64,000 nt of DNA, from IMG/VR virus record IMGVR_UViG_3300045988_168232, positions 46,269 to 110,268 of that record, one strand, 5' to 3'. Position 1 is the first letter of the stretch. Each line of letters opens with the position of its first letter. The stretch comes from a virus. Below, piece by piece: positions 28,789-36,195 of the stretch. The notes below the pieces were generated by a model. The model was not told the origin of the DNA. It was given only the letters and a program-made list of their open reading frames with translations, and did not search any database. The translations under genes and the position numbers were made by a program.

Positions 28789-29181
28789 ATGAGTGAAATT
28801 AAAAATGTCAATGAAATTGACGAACTTAACGGGTCTGAAATTTTAACCCCGGAGCAGATTGCAGAAATTGAAGCTCAAAAAGATCAAGAACTGTTTGGCG
28901 ATAATGTCAAAAAAATTGGTGGATGTGCCGTAGTGACCGTTGACAACGAAGTTATTGCTGTAGAGATGCCGTTTACTTATCCGCAGCTTGTGACGGCGAT
29001 TGTGCGACATAAATATGGCTCAGACCAAACCGAAGCCATTCTTGCCAATATTATTTCAACACAGACGATGCAAGTGTCAGAGGAAAAGGCAGATGAATAT
29101 CTGAATGAGTACACCACATACAACAACTGGCGAAACAAGGCAAAAAGTATTGCAAAGGAAGTTCTTGGAGTAGAAGAGTAA
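28789..29181 (+). CDS. hypothetical acidic protein downstream of the DGR RT
   Basis: A 130-aa ORF followed by a strong terminator. Confidence 0.5.
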   Translation: MSEIKNVNEIDELNGSEILTPEQIAEIEAQKDQELFGDNVKKIGGCAVVTVDNEVIAVEMPFTYPQLVTAIVRHKYGSDQTEAILANIISTQTMQVSEEKADEYLNEYTTYNNWRNKAKSIAKEVLGVEE

Positions 29182-29195
29182 CAATCTCTTGATAG

Positions 29196-29236
29196 AAAGC
29201 CGCCCTTGGGTGAATGTATCCTTGGGCGGCTTTTTA
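29196..29236 (+). terminator. rho-independent terminator
   Basis: AAAGCCGCCC (29196-29205) pairs with GGGCGGCTTT (29224-29233), followed by TTT. Confidence 0.7.
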
Positions 29237-29287
29237 TAGGCAGATGATAAGTTTCAAGGTATAATTCATAAAAAATAAGGCGATGAA

Positions 29288-29302
29288 CTATTATTAATAA
29301 AA
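29288..29302 (+). promoter_or_regulatory. CTATTAT...TAAAA motif
   Basis: CTATTATTAATAAAA lies downstream of terminator 29196-29236 and 25 nt upstream of ATG 29313. Confidence 0.4.
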
Positions 29303-29312
29303 ACGAATACGA

Positions 29313-29984
29313 ATGTTACAATATAAGGTCAGAAGCGGACAAAACATATATGATGTTGCTCTAACTCTCTATGGTAGTGTAGAGGGAATTTTTGACTTGC
29401 TTGTAAGCAATGAAGGGCTAAACATGGATACAAAGTTATCCTATGGCATGATACTCAATTACCATGAAGAGTTTGCAATAAATAAAGACATTGTTATATG
29501 GTTAAAAGACAACAATATACTGGTAAAGAATGGGGAGCATGTACATAATTATCTTGATATAGAAAAACTTATAAAATCACATATCCAAACTTATCATCAG
29601 GACATATACGATGAGTTACAGCTTATGTCTCCGGACGAACAAGATATGTATTGGGAATCCTTATACATGCCTCGGATGGTAATCCAGCAACAAGGACAAT
29701 TGTCATCTATCAAATTAAAATTGAAGCCTCAAAAACACCTAATTGTTGATTGGGGGGATTACACACAACCACTTATCGTGGAAATTAATGAAGAACATGA
29801 AATTGAACATTGCTATAAAGGAAATGGGCAACACACTATTACATTATATGGAGATTTTGAATTTGAATTGTTCGATTTAAAAGAAGTAAATGGCGTGTAC
29901 TATCCACTTGGAACCATTTATGCCGATACATTTATATCAGAATTGGATATTGAGGATTCAAAAAAACTGATAATAACACAATGA
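29313..29984 (+). CDS. baseplate-module protein with LysM-like N-terminus (P2 gpX-like, tentative)
   Basis: The N-terminal YKVRSGQNIYDVALTLYGSVEGIFDLLVSNEGLNMDTKLSYGMILNY has a LysM-like pattern. Confidence 0.35.
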   Translation: MLQYKVRSGQNIYDVALTLYGSVEGIFDLLVSNEGLNMDTKLSYGMILNYHEEFAINKDIVIWLKDNNILVKNGEHVHNYLDIEKLIKSHIQTYHQDIYDELQLMSPDEQDMYWESLYMPRMVIQQQGQLSSIKLKLKPQKHLIVDWGDYTQPLIVEINEEHEIEHCYKGNGQHTITLYGDFEFELFDLKEVNGVYYPLGTIYADTFISELDIEDSKKLIITQ

Positions 29985-30931
29985 GAAGCGTGAGTCAAAT
30001 CTATTCAGAAGCTGTTGCTACAAGAAACAATTACTTGCAGTTGACAGAACTAAATACTGGGAGAAGTAACAGTAAACTCAGCATGATTAACCTGCTAACG
30101 TATGTAGTAGCTGTTTGTATTCATACTTATGAAGCAATATTAGACTTGTTTCAGGTTAAATTAGTCGAGGTTCTTGATGGTAGAATTAACGGAACTCCAG
30201 ATTGGTATGCTATCATAGCTAAAAAATTTCAATATAATGACACTACAGAGACAGGCGACCAATTGATTTTCAATGAAAACACTATGAAGCTTGAATATGC
30301 CGATGTAAATATGTCTCATAGAATAATTGAAAAAGCTGCATGGCAAAATGATGAAAATGGAACATCCCTAATACTTAAAGTATGTAAGGCAAATGACAAT
30401 TCAAATGAAATCAATAATGGAATACCATATATGCCATTGAATGACCATGAATTGACCGCATTCAGAATGTTTATTCAACAAATAAAATTTGTCGGAGCAG
30501 ACATTTATTGTGAAAGTTCACCAGGTGATATTGTGACTATTGTTGCAGACAAATACAATCCCATATTTTATAATGATAGTTATGTTACCGCTGCACAAGC
30601 ACTTACAAATCTACAACAAGCCATGATAGATTTTGCCAATGAAATGGAATTTAACGGAATGTTTTACTATCAGTCTGCATTAGACGTGATAAGAAAGACA
30701 GAGCACATCACTGATATTGGCAATAACATCAAAATTTATGTAAGTTCATACAATAGCGAAGACCGAAAATATAATGAGCCGGTTGAATTGGTTGGACGAA
30801 TAAAACTGAAAAGTGGTTATATTCGACTACTTGATACAGATTCAGCAATAACAGTCAATAGTGATAACTTAACATTGGTTCCGGCTTCAAAAATGGACCA
30901 GTATTTTGAATCATTGAATCCTGAGAAATGA
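29981..30931 (+). CDS. hypothetical baseplate/wedge protein
   Basis: A 316-aa ORF with 4-nt overlaps on both neighbours, suggesting translational coupling. Confidence 0.45.
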   Translation: MRSVSQIYSEAVATRNNYLQLTELNTGRSNSKLSMINLLTYVVAVCIHTYEAILDLFQVKLVEVLDGRINGTPDWYAIIAKKFQYNDTTETGDQLIFNENTMKLEYADVNMSHRIIEKAAWQNDENGTSLILKVCKANDNSNEINNGIPYMPLNDHELTAFRMFIQQIKFVGADIYCESSPGDIVTIVADKYNPIFYNDSYVTAAQALTNLQQAMIDFANEMEFNGMFYYQSALDVIRKTEHITDIGNNIKIYVSSYNSEDRKYNEPVELVGRIKLKSGYIRLLDTDSAITVNSDNLTLVPASKMDQYFESLNPEK

Positions 30932-31569
30932 TAAATATTGATTTTGCAAATATCAATAATGCCAAATTGATTGGGCGGCTCTTACCTTTTTGGGCAAGAG
31001 GTAAAAAAGTGTCTTTGCTTTTACAAGCAATCCTGTACCCAATTGCTTCGGTTCATAATTTATTTAAAATATGGGCATTAGAAAAATTCATAGAGTGTCA
31101 CATAACTGCTCAAAAAGCATCGTTGGAATGGTATCTGAGATATAAGCTTAAATCTCATTTTCATAATGAAAATGATAACTTTTTCATTACACATGGCATT
31201 AATGAATCACTATCATGTTTTAGTAGTGACGTTTGGCGTAATGGATTACATTGGGACAACAACTTACGATGGAACGTGGAAACTGAATCATTAGTACACA
31301 TGAATATGAACCTGTCTTGCATAAACACTGGTATGTGGGAAAATAGGATGTTATGGAACAATGCTCTGCTGTGGGATAATGAAGATAATGGCAAAAAATA
31401 TAATGATGACTATTTGGAAATTGTAAATCAGACGAATGTCTATGCCCCAGCCATCATTGATACGGTAGATTATAACCATGAGGATTACGAACGTGACATT
31501 AGAAATATCATGTCCAAATTCATGATCAACTTCAATAAAATACATATTATAATTGCGGATACAGAGTAA
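30928..31569 (+). CDS. hypothetical fibre-module protein with two W-x-N triad motifs
   Basis: CFSSDVWRNGLHWDNNLRWNVE lies at nt 31216-31278 and CINTGMWENRMLWNNALLWDNE at nt 31318-31380. Confidence 0.5.
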   Translation: MINIDFANINNAKLIGRLLPFWARGKKVSLLLQAILYPIASVHNLFKIWALEKFIECHITAQKASLEWYLRYKLKSHFHNENDNFFITHGINESLSCFSSDVWRNGLHWDNNLRWNVETESLVHMNMNLSCINTGMWENRMLWNNALLWDNEDNGKKYNDDYLEIVNQTNVYAPAIIDTVDYNHEDYERDIRNIMSKFMINFNKIHIIIADTE

Positions 31570-31593
31570 CAAACCAATAAATAATTTATCAGT

Positions 31594-31857
31594 ATGAAGA
31601 TTTATAATTTTGGCAATGATTATGCCTTTCAGCAAAAACAAAAATTAGAACAGGAAGCACCAAAAATGAATCCAAGTTCTGAAAACAAAGTAAAAGAGGA
31701 ATCCAATGTTGAAAATCAAAATTCAGATGCCGGACTCGACAATGTGCCAGCTATCATTAAAGAGGATGACAAACAAATCCAGGTGTCGGAAACCGCAAAA
31801 AAGAAAAAAGAAGCGGGGACCAAAGGTTGGAAAAAGCAAGAGGGTAGTCAAGTTTAA
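31594..31857 (+). CDS. hypothetical low-complexity protein; overlaps 31706..32167
   Basis: An 87-aa ORF. Its 3' part runs through AAAAAAGAAAAAAG (31797-31810) and overlaps the next ORF, which is in the +1 frame. Confidence 0.4.
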   Translation: MKIYNFGNDYAFQQKQKLEQEAPKMNPSSENKVKEESNVENQNSDAGLDNVPAIIKEDDKQIQVSETAKKKKEAGTKGWKKQEGSQV

Positions 31858-32167
31858 TGAAACTGCTGTGGGGCATTTTCTTTATGTCTATGCTCCTATT
31901 CAGTATCATCTGCTGATGGAATACTGTAAGGCAATTAAGCAAGTAGAAAGAGGGCAGCGTATCAAATATAATATAATTGAAGCAATAGCTATTAACAGTG
32001 ATAACGCTGCTTTCAAAACAGCACGTTTCAGACGAGCGCTGATAGCTTATCGGAGATTCGGTACTCGTCCGTTAAGAAAAACCGGTTGGTCTTTAAGGGA
32101 CGCTGTTTATTATGCAAAGAACAGTTATCATATTCATGAGGCAGTAAAAAATGAAGGTACATTATGA
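31706..32167 (+). CDS. hypothetical protein; true N-terminus uncertain
   Basis: Only the part downstream of ~31800 (KKRGPKVGKSKRVVKFNETAVGHFLYVY...) looks protein-like. The upstream part overlaps ORF 31594 out of frame. Confidence 0.4.
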   Translation: MLKIKIQMPDSTMCQLSLKRMTNKSRCRKPQKRKKKRGPKVGKSKRVVKFNETAVGHFLYVYAPIQYHLLMEYCKAIKQVERGQRIKYNIIEAIAINSDNAAFKTARFRRALIAYRRFGTRPLRKTGWSLRDAVYYAKNSYHIHEAVKNEGTL

Positions 32168-32319
32168 TGCGCTTCCTTCTGTTTGTTGTATGATAATTCC
32201 ATAAAGAGTATTGCTTCCAAAAATACGATTAAGGTTGAAGATATCTTTCAAAGGACTGACAATAAGCAAATAAAAAACAAAAAATCCATTGTTCTTGTGG
32301 AATGACGATTTTTTTTGCA

Positions 32320-32327
32320 TATATTTG
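32320..32327 (+). promoter_or_regulatory. Bacteroidota-type -7 promoter box (TAnnTTTG)
   Basis: TATATTTG lies 29 nt upstream of ATG 32356. No clean -33 TTTG was found at the expected spacing. Confidence 0.4.
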
Positions 32328-32355
32328 AAGTTGCTTAAAAAATGAACAAAAGAAT

Positions 32356-33603
32356 ATGACAGCAATAGTAGGAGTATTGAATAAACATGCTGTGGCAATA
32401 GCGGCAGACAGTGCAGTCACAATGGGGAACACTCACAAAGTGGTCAACAGTGCGAATAAGATTTTCACGCTGTCGAAGTATCATCCTGTAGCAGTGATGA
32501 CATACAGTAGTGCCTCTTTTATGGGTGTACCATGGGATATTATCATTAAAGAATACAGAAAGCAGTTAAAAAATAAGTGTTTTGCAAAACTTGAATATTA
32601 TGTGGGTGATTTTATGAAATATCTGCATAAAGAACATTTCTTTTGTGATAAAAAAACTCAAGAAACATATTTGCAATGGATGTTGGAATCCTTTTTTGAT
32701 ATTTGTTGTAATGAGATTTGTAATGAAAATCATATAGATAAAAGTGCTTTGGATGATACACTGATTGAACAAAAATTAGCGGATTGTATTAAAATATATA
32801 AAGCAGCCGATAAATGTCCTGATTTTGATTCGTATTCATTGGTGGACTTTAAAAAATATGCAGAAACAGCTATACAAAATTTTGCGAATGAAAAGAGTTT
32901 TGTAAATGTTGATTTATTGTCAGAGTCTTTCTTCTACTATTTGTCGGTTAAAATACTTACTTATTCCTATACAGGTTTGGTTTTTGTTGGTTATGGTGAG
33001 AAAGAAATATATCCATCACTTATTCCTGTGAATATCTCTTCATTAGTTGTTGATGGACATTTAAAATATTTTATTGATCAGACTAATGTTGCTAAAATTT
33101 CAGAACATGGTTCTTGGGCTGTGATAAGTCCTTTTGCACAAGTTGATGTCGTTCAAACCATAATTAGAGGAATCAATCCAAGTTTTCAAGATATAATTTA
33201 TAATGTTATAGGAAAATCTATTGAATCTTATACAGATGCAATTACAGGTATTCTTGATAAGGATCCATCCACAATATCGGTATCAACAGCTATAAAGGGA
33301 TTGGATAAGCAATCTGTAATCAAAGGTATTGCAACCCAAATAAACAAAGAGATGTTTAATTTGTATTCAAAGCCATTGATTGATACGGTGGCACATTTAG
33401 ATAAAGAAGATATGGCAAACATGGCTGAAAGTTTTATATCTCTTACATCATTGGTTCGTAGAATGCAACCTGGAGAAGAAACAGTAGGAGGTCCAGTGGA
33501 TGTGGCTGTTATTTCAAAAGGTGATGGTTTTGTTTGGATTAATAGAAAGCACTATTTTAAGCCTGAGTTGAATACTTCATTTTTTAGTAATTATTTTAAG
33601 TAA
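32356..33603 (+). CDS. proteasome-beta/HslV-like Ntn-hydrolase homologue with a large internal insertion
   Basis: The N-terminus M-TAIVGVLNKHAVAIAADSAVTMGNTHKVVNSANKI parallels HslV [34 protein letters not shown] (Thr1, Asp17, Lys~33). The C-terminal VGGPVDVAVISKGDGFVW parallels the proteasome SGG.v.v.vi.kdG strand. At 415 aa it is about twice the length of HslV. Confidence 0.45.
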   Translation: MTAIVGVLNKHAVAIAADSAVTMGNTHKVVNSANKIFTLSKYHPVAVMTYSSASFMGVPWDIIIKEYRKQLKNKCFAKLEYYVGDFMKYLHKEHFFCDKKTQETYLQWMLESFFDICCNEICNENHIDKSALDDTLIEQKLADCIKIYKAADKCPDFDSYSLVDFKKYAETAIQNFANEKSFVNVDLLSESFFYYLSVKILTYSYTGLVFVGYGEKEIYPSLIPVNISSLVVDGHLKYFIDQTNVAKISEHGSWAVISPFAQVDVVQTIIRGINPSFQDIIYNVIGKSIESYTDAITGILDKDPSTISVSTAIKGLDKQSVIKGIATQINKEMFNLYSKPLIDTVAHLDKEDMANMAESFISLTSLVRRMQPGEETVGGPVDVAVISKGDGFVWINRKHYFKPELNTSFFSNYFK

Positions 33604-33617
33604 GGAAGGAGCTTGTT

Positions 33618-33809
33618 ATGTATGGAACAATGACTTGCGGTTTATGCCCAGATTCAAAATTGGAAGGAACCCTATTGACAAAAGAGCAGATTGAAGAAAT
33701 TTCGACTCGCATATCCAGGAATGTTTCCGAAAATGTATCAAAACAATTGGAAGAAGCTATTTCTGCTTTATCTTCCAAAAAGACAGATAAGGAAACAAAG
33801 AAAAAATAA
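33618..33809 (+). CDS. small hypothetical protein
   Basis: A 63-aa ORF 15 nt after the protease-like gene. GGAAGGAG lies just upstream of its ATG. Confidence 0.4.
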   Translation: MYGTMTCGLCPDSKLEGTLLTKEQIEEISTRISRNVSENVSKQLEEAISALSSKKTDKETKKK

Positions 33810-33819
33810 ATTATTTTAA

Positions 33820-33856
33820 AAAAGTCCGCCTCGCATTGTTATTTTGGCGGACTTTT
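33820..33856. terminator. bidirectional rho-independent terminator between convergent genes
   Basis: AAAAGTCCGCC (33820-33830) pairs with GGCGGACTTTT (33846-33856). It is flanked by an A-run on one side and a T-run on the other. Confidence 0.7.
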
Positions 33857-33908
33857 TTGCGATTGATTTATTAGTAACGTATTAGCCAATATACTTTATA
33901 TTATTGAT

Positions 33909-34157
33909 TTAGAATTTTTTCATTTTTGAAAATGTTGCATTGAAAATAACTTTAGCTTCTGGGCCGCCGTTAATTTTAGTTCCACATGGTACGCTGTGTA
34001 AATTTGAAAAGCCAGGATTATACCATTTCTTCTGAGCAGCATGTATGTCTGTATCTACACCAATGAAAAATTGATGAAATTGGGGTGATTCTCCAACATT
34101 ATGTGAACATATTAAATGATATTTCCATTCTGATGGTTTAATAATAGCACCACACAA
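33909..34157 (-). CDS. small C2H2-like Zn-finger protein (copy B); start codon uncertain
   Basis: Contains KCRLCGAIIKPSEWKYHLICSH (C-x2-C-x11-H-x4-H). There is no in-frame ATG: the ORF track start is TTG, and the frame is open upstream to 34196. Confidence 0.4.
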   Translation of the reverse strand: MCGAIIKPSEWKYHLICSHNVGESPQFHQFFIGVDTDIHAAQKKWYNPGFSNLHSVPCGTKINGGPEAKVIFNATFSKMKKF

Positions 34158-34182
34158 TCTACATTTACATTTGCCTTTACTT

Positions 34183-34359
34183 TTAATCCCCCGTATCTAA
34201 TACGCAATAATAATTATGAAAGCAAGATTCACAAATAATGTCATGGAAGCGAGCTAAATGTTTTTTTCATTTTGTGAGTTTTAAGACTTCTCCGCATAAT
34301 CGGCATTTTATTAAAGGAGCAGGTTTTGAATGTGTTATAATTTTATTTTTCTTATCCAT
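34183..34359 (-). pseudogene. paralogue (copy A) of the Zn-finger gene, interrupted by an in-frame TGA
   Basis: It reads MDKKNKIITHSKPAPLIKCRLCGEVLKLTK-TGA-KKHLARFHDIICESCFH... The TGA (34269-34267) aligns with the conserved Trp (TGG) of copy B. The 3' end overlaps copy B's upstream frame. Confidence 0.45.
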
Positions 34360-34390
34360 TTTTATGTATGCTGGATCATTTAGAAATAAA

Positions 34391-34768
34391 TTAACTCCAA
34401 AACAATTTAATTTTTGCTATTTTCGAAGGTTTAATTTCGAATATCGCATGAGTGAATGGTTTTGAATTAAAACCATCGTGTAGGCAACCTGCTTGTCCTG
34501 TTTCTCTTATTTTTCCCCTTTCATCATAAATAGCATAATCCAATGCAACCCATGAATCTGAACTTTCAGTACGATGGATTTCAAACGCAATGGTCAGTTG
34601 TCCGTATGTATCAATATAAAATCCCAAATTCTTAATTTTGGATTTTACTATTTCTTCTCTTGAATTATCGTATTCTGTAATTGATAAGAAAAAATCATCC
34701 GTCTGAACATCATTCATTTTTTTATTCCATTTACAGGAAACAGATGTTATATGGTTGTTGTTCATCAC
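34391..34768 (-). CDS. hypothetical protein
   Basis: A 125-aa ORF in the minus-strand accessory block. Confidence 0.5.
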   Translation of the reverse strand: MMNNNHITSVSCKWNKKMNDVQTDDFFLSITEYDNSREEIVKSKIKNLGFYIDTYGQLTIAFEIHRTESSDSWVALDYAIYDERGKIRETGQAGCLHDGFNSKPFTHAIFEIKPSKIAKIKLFWS

Positions 34769-34793
34769 TAAAATCTACTGTATTAAATTTGCT

Positions 34794-35426
34794 TTATTTA
34801 TTATGTTGATTAACTATAATCGCATTAATTATAGCATTAATTCGATGTGCAGTCTGTTCATTTTCACCAATATTGATTTCAAATAGCGGATGCGAAATAT
34901 CTAATGTGCTAATAAGTACCGAATAATTGTGATAAATTTTATCTGGTTCTTTTCGATATTCTGTTGTATATTTTTCAGGACCTGCAAGCAAAGTACCTGC
35001 TGTTTTACCAAACGACCGTTGCATAGAAGAGCGTTTAATTTCATTCCATAAATCCCCTTGAGTCACTGCAACAACAGTACCGGCTTTTATTTTCGGATTA
35101 TCTACAATTTGAGAGCTACTTATATCATTGAATTTTAACCATGATGATGAAAAGTATATTTCTTGTTTTTCTTTAAATATTAATACAGTCTTTTGAGGCT
35201 CCGATGGTACAATTGGGACTATAGCTTCTATTTCTCCATATTTATTCTTCATACTCTTAATCCATAGATCAAAGCTTTCTTTCCTTTTTTGCTTCCAATT
35301 CGTTATTGCACGAGCATTCTCAGTATGAAGCTGGGATGACTGAGTTGAATTTGTATTAATATTAAAATAAATCGAAACAATAACTGCAATGAAGAACAGT
35401 GCAAGTAAAAATATTGCCATATGCAT
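34794..35426 (-). CDS. membrane-anchored hypothetical protein
   Basis: I trimmed the start to ATG 35426 (MHMAIFLLALFFIAVIVSIYF, an N-terminal TM helix). The 49 codons upstream in the ORF track overlap a helix-rich, apparently noncoding region. Confidence 0.5.
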   Translation of the reverse strand: MHMAIFLLALFFIAVIVSIYFNINTNSTQSSQLHTENARAITNWKQKRKESFDLWIKSMKNKYGEIEAIVPIVPSEPQKTVLIFKEKQEIYFSSSWLKFNDISSSQIVDNPKIKAGTVVAVTQGDLWNEIKRSSMQRSFGKTAGTLLAGPEKYTTEYRKEPDKIYHNYSVLISTLDISHPLFEINIGENEQTAHRINAIINAIIVNQHNK

Positions 35427-35477
35427 TTTGGATTTTGTTATACATTCAGTTTCAATCTCAAAATGGCAACGGCATAA

Positions 35478-35618
35478 ACGAAAAGCGTAGAGCCATCGCC
35501 TTTCGTCTCGTGGTTCACCACAAACCATACTCAGTAAGGCAAGCTCTACGCTATATGCAGAACCGCCTAACACTGAGTATTTAACCTTATTCTATTCCGA
35601 GGTGGTGATTTCGAGACG
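35478..35618. ncRNA. candidate structured RNA / cis-regulatory leader (class unknown)
   Basis: Nested perfect helices: 35504-35510/35612-35618, 35515-35521/35602-35608 and 35527-35535/35572-35580 (plus 35537-35540/35565-35568). A pseudoknot-type pairing joins 35484-35493 to 35543-35552. A competing hairpin pairs 35478-35487 with 35497-35506. Confidence 0.4.
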
Positions 35619-35727
35619 AATTAGGTCATAATATGTCGCTTATAAGCAAATATGCTGTACAAGTGTTGCAAAAGTAAATATATTCAGCGATACAAACAAA
35701 TAAAATATCTGTTAATCACTGTTTTTA

Positions 35728-36195
35728 TTACTTATTACAATTTTTCCAGAAACGGCTGGTGATATTCCTTAAAACATATCCATCCACTTTATAGAGACGC
35801 TGGTTGGTTTTAGGGGAGGTCAGACCGCCCAATTTCTTTATGTATGGACCCAATTTTAGGTAATCGAAATTCTTGTATTCAGCAAAAATAGAAAACCACT
35901 CCTGACCACTGTACCAGCCAATTTTTAAATGAGGATAAGACTGCCGGATATGCCCAGCAAGTCTATTAATTTCATCTGGCTCAATATCTCCACCCATAAA
36001 ACATACGCATGTAATACCTGTATTCTTCTCTATAAGCAGGTTTAGTGACGATTCAGTTAATGGTTCTCCAATATCTTTCCATAAATGCTGGCTATGACAC
36101 CCCTCGCATCTTATCGGGCAATTAGATATATTAATTGCCAACGTCACTTCATCGGGGACTTCTGCAAATACTATTCGTGTATCAACGTATTTCAT
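35728..36195 (-). CDS. nrdG: anaerobic ribonucleotide reductase activating protein (radical SAM)
   Basis: Contains the CPIRCEGCHS (CxxxCxxC) cluster motif. It is 155 aa and overlaps the nrdD stop by 4 nt. Confidence 0.85.
   Translation of the reverse strand: MKYVDTRIVFAEVPDEVTLAINISNCPIRCEGCHSQHLWKDIGEPLTESSLNLLIEKNTGITCVCFMGGDIEPDEINRLAGHIRQSYPHLKIGWYSGQEWFSIFAEYKNFDYLKLGPYIKKLGGLTSPKTNQRLYKVDGYVLRNITSRFWKNCNK

Noticed and set aside
34267-34269. The idea that TGA is recoded as Trp (an alternative genetic code) in this phage.
   Set aside because: TGA terminates many well-supported genes here, for example at 3553, 29984, 30931, 47464 and 55483. A global reassignment is therefore untenable, and a local nonsense mutation is more parsimonious.
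35427-35573. The N-terminal 49 codons of ORF 34794..35573 (minus strand).
   Set aside because: The sequence MLGGSAYSVELALLSMVCGEPRDERRWLYAFRLCRCHFEIETE overlaps the helix-rich element. A canonical TM-helix N-terminus starts at ATG 35426.
35478-35618. Hammerhead ribozyme, fluoride riboswitch or tRNA-like identity for the structured element.
   Set aside because: On the minus strand, CUGAGUA...GAAA does not match the hammerhead CUGANGA core. GGCGAUGG is not followed by the fluoride-riboswitch pairing and AAAC elements. No cloverleaf or T-loop could be drawn.
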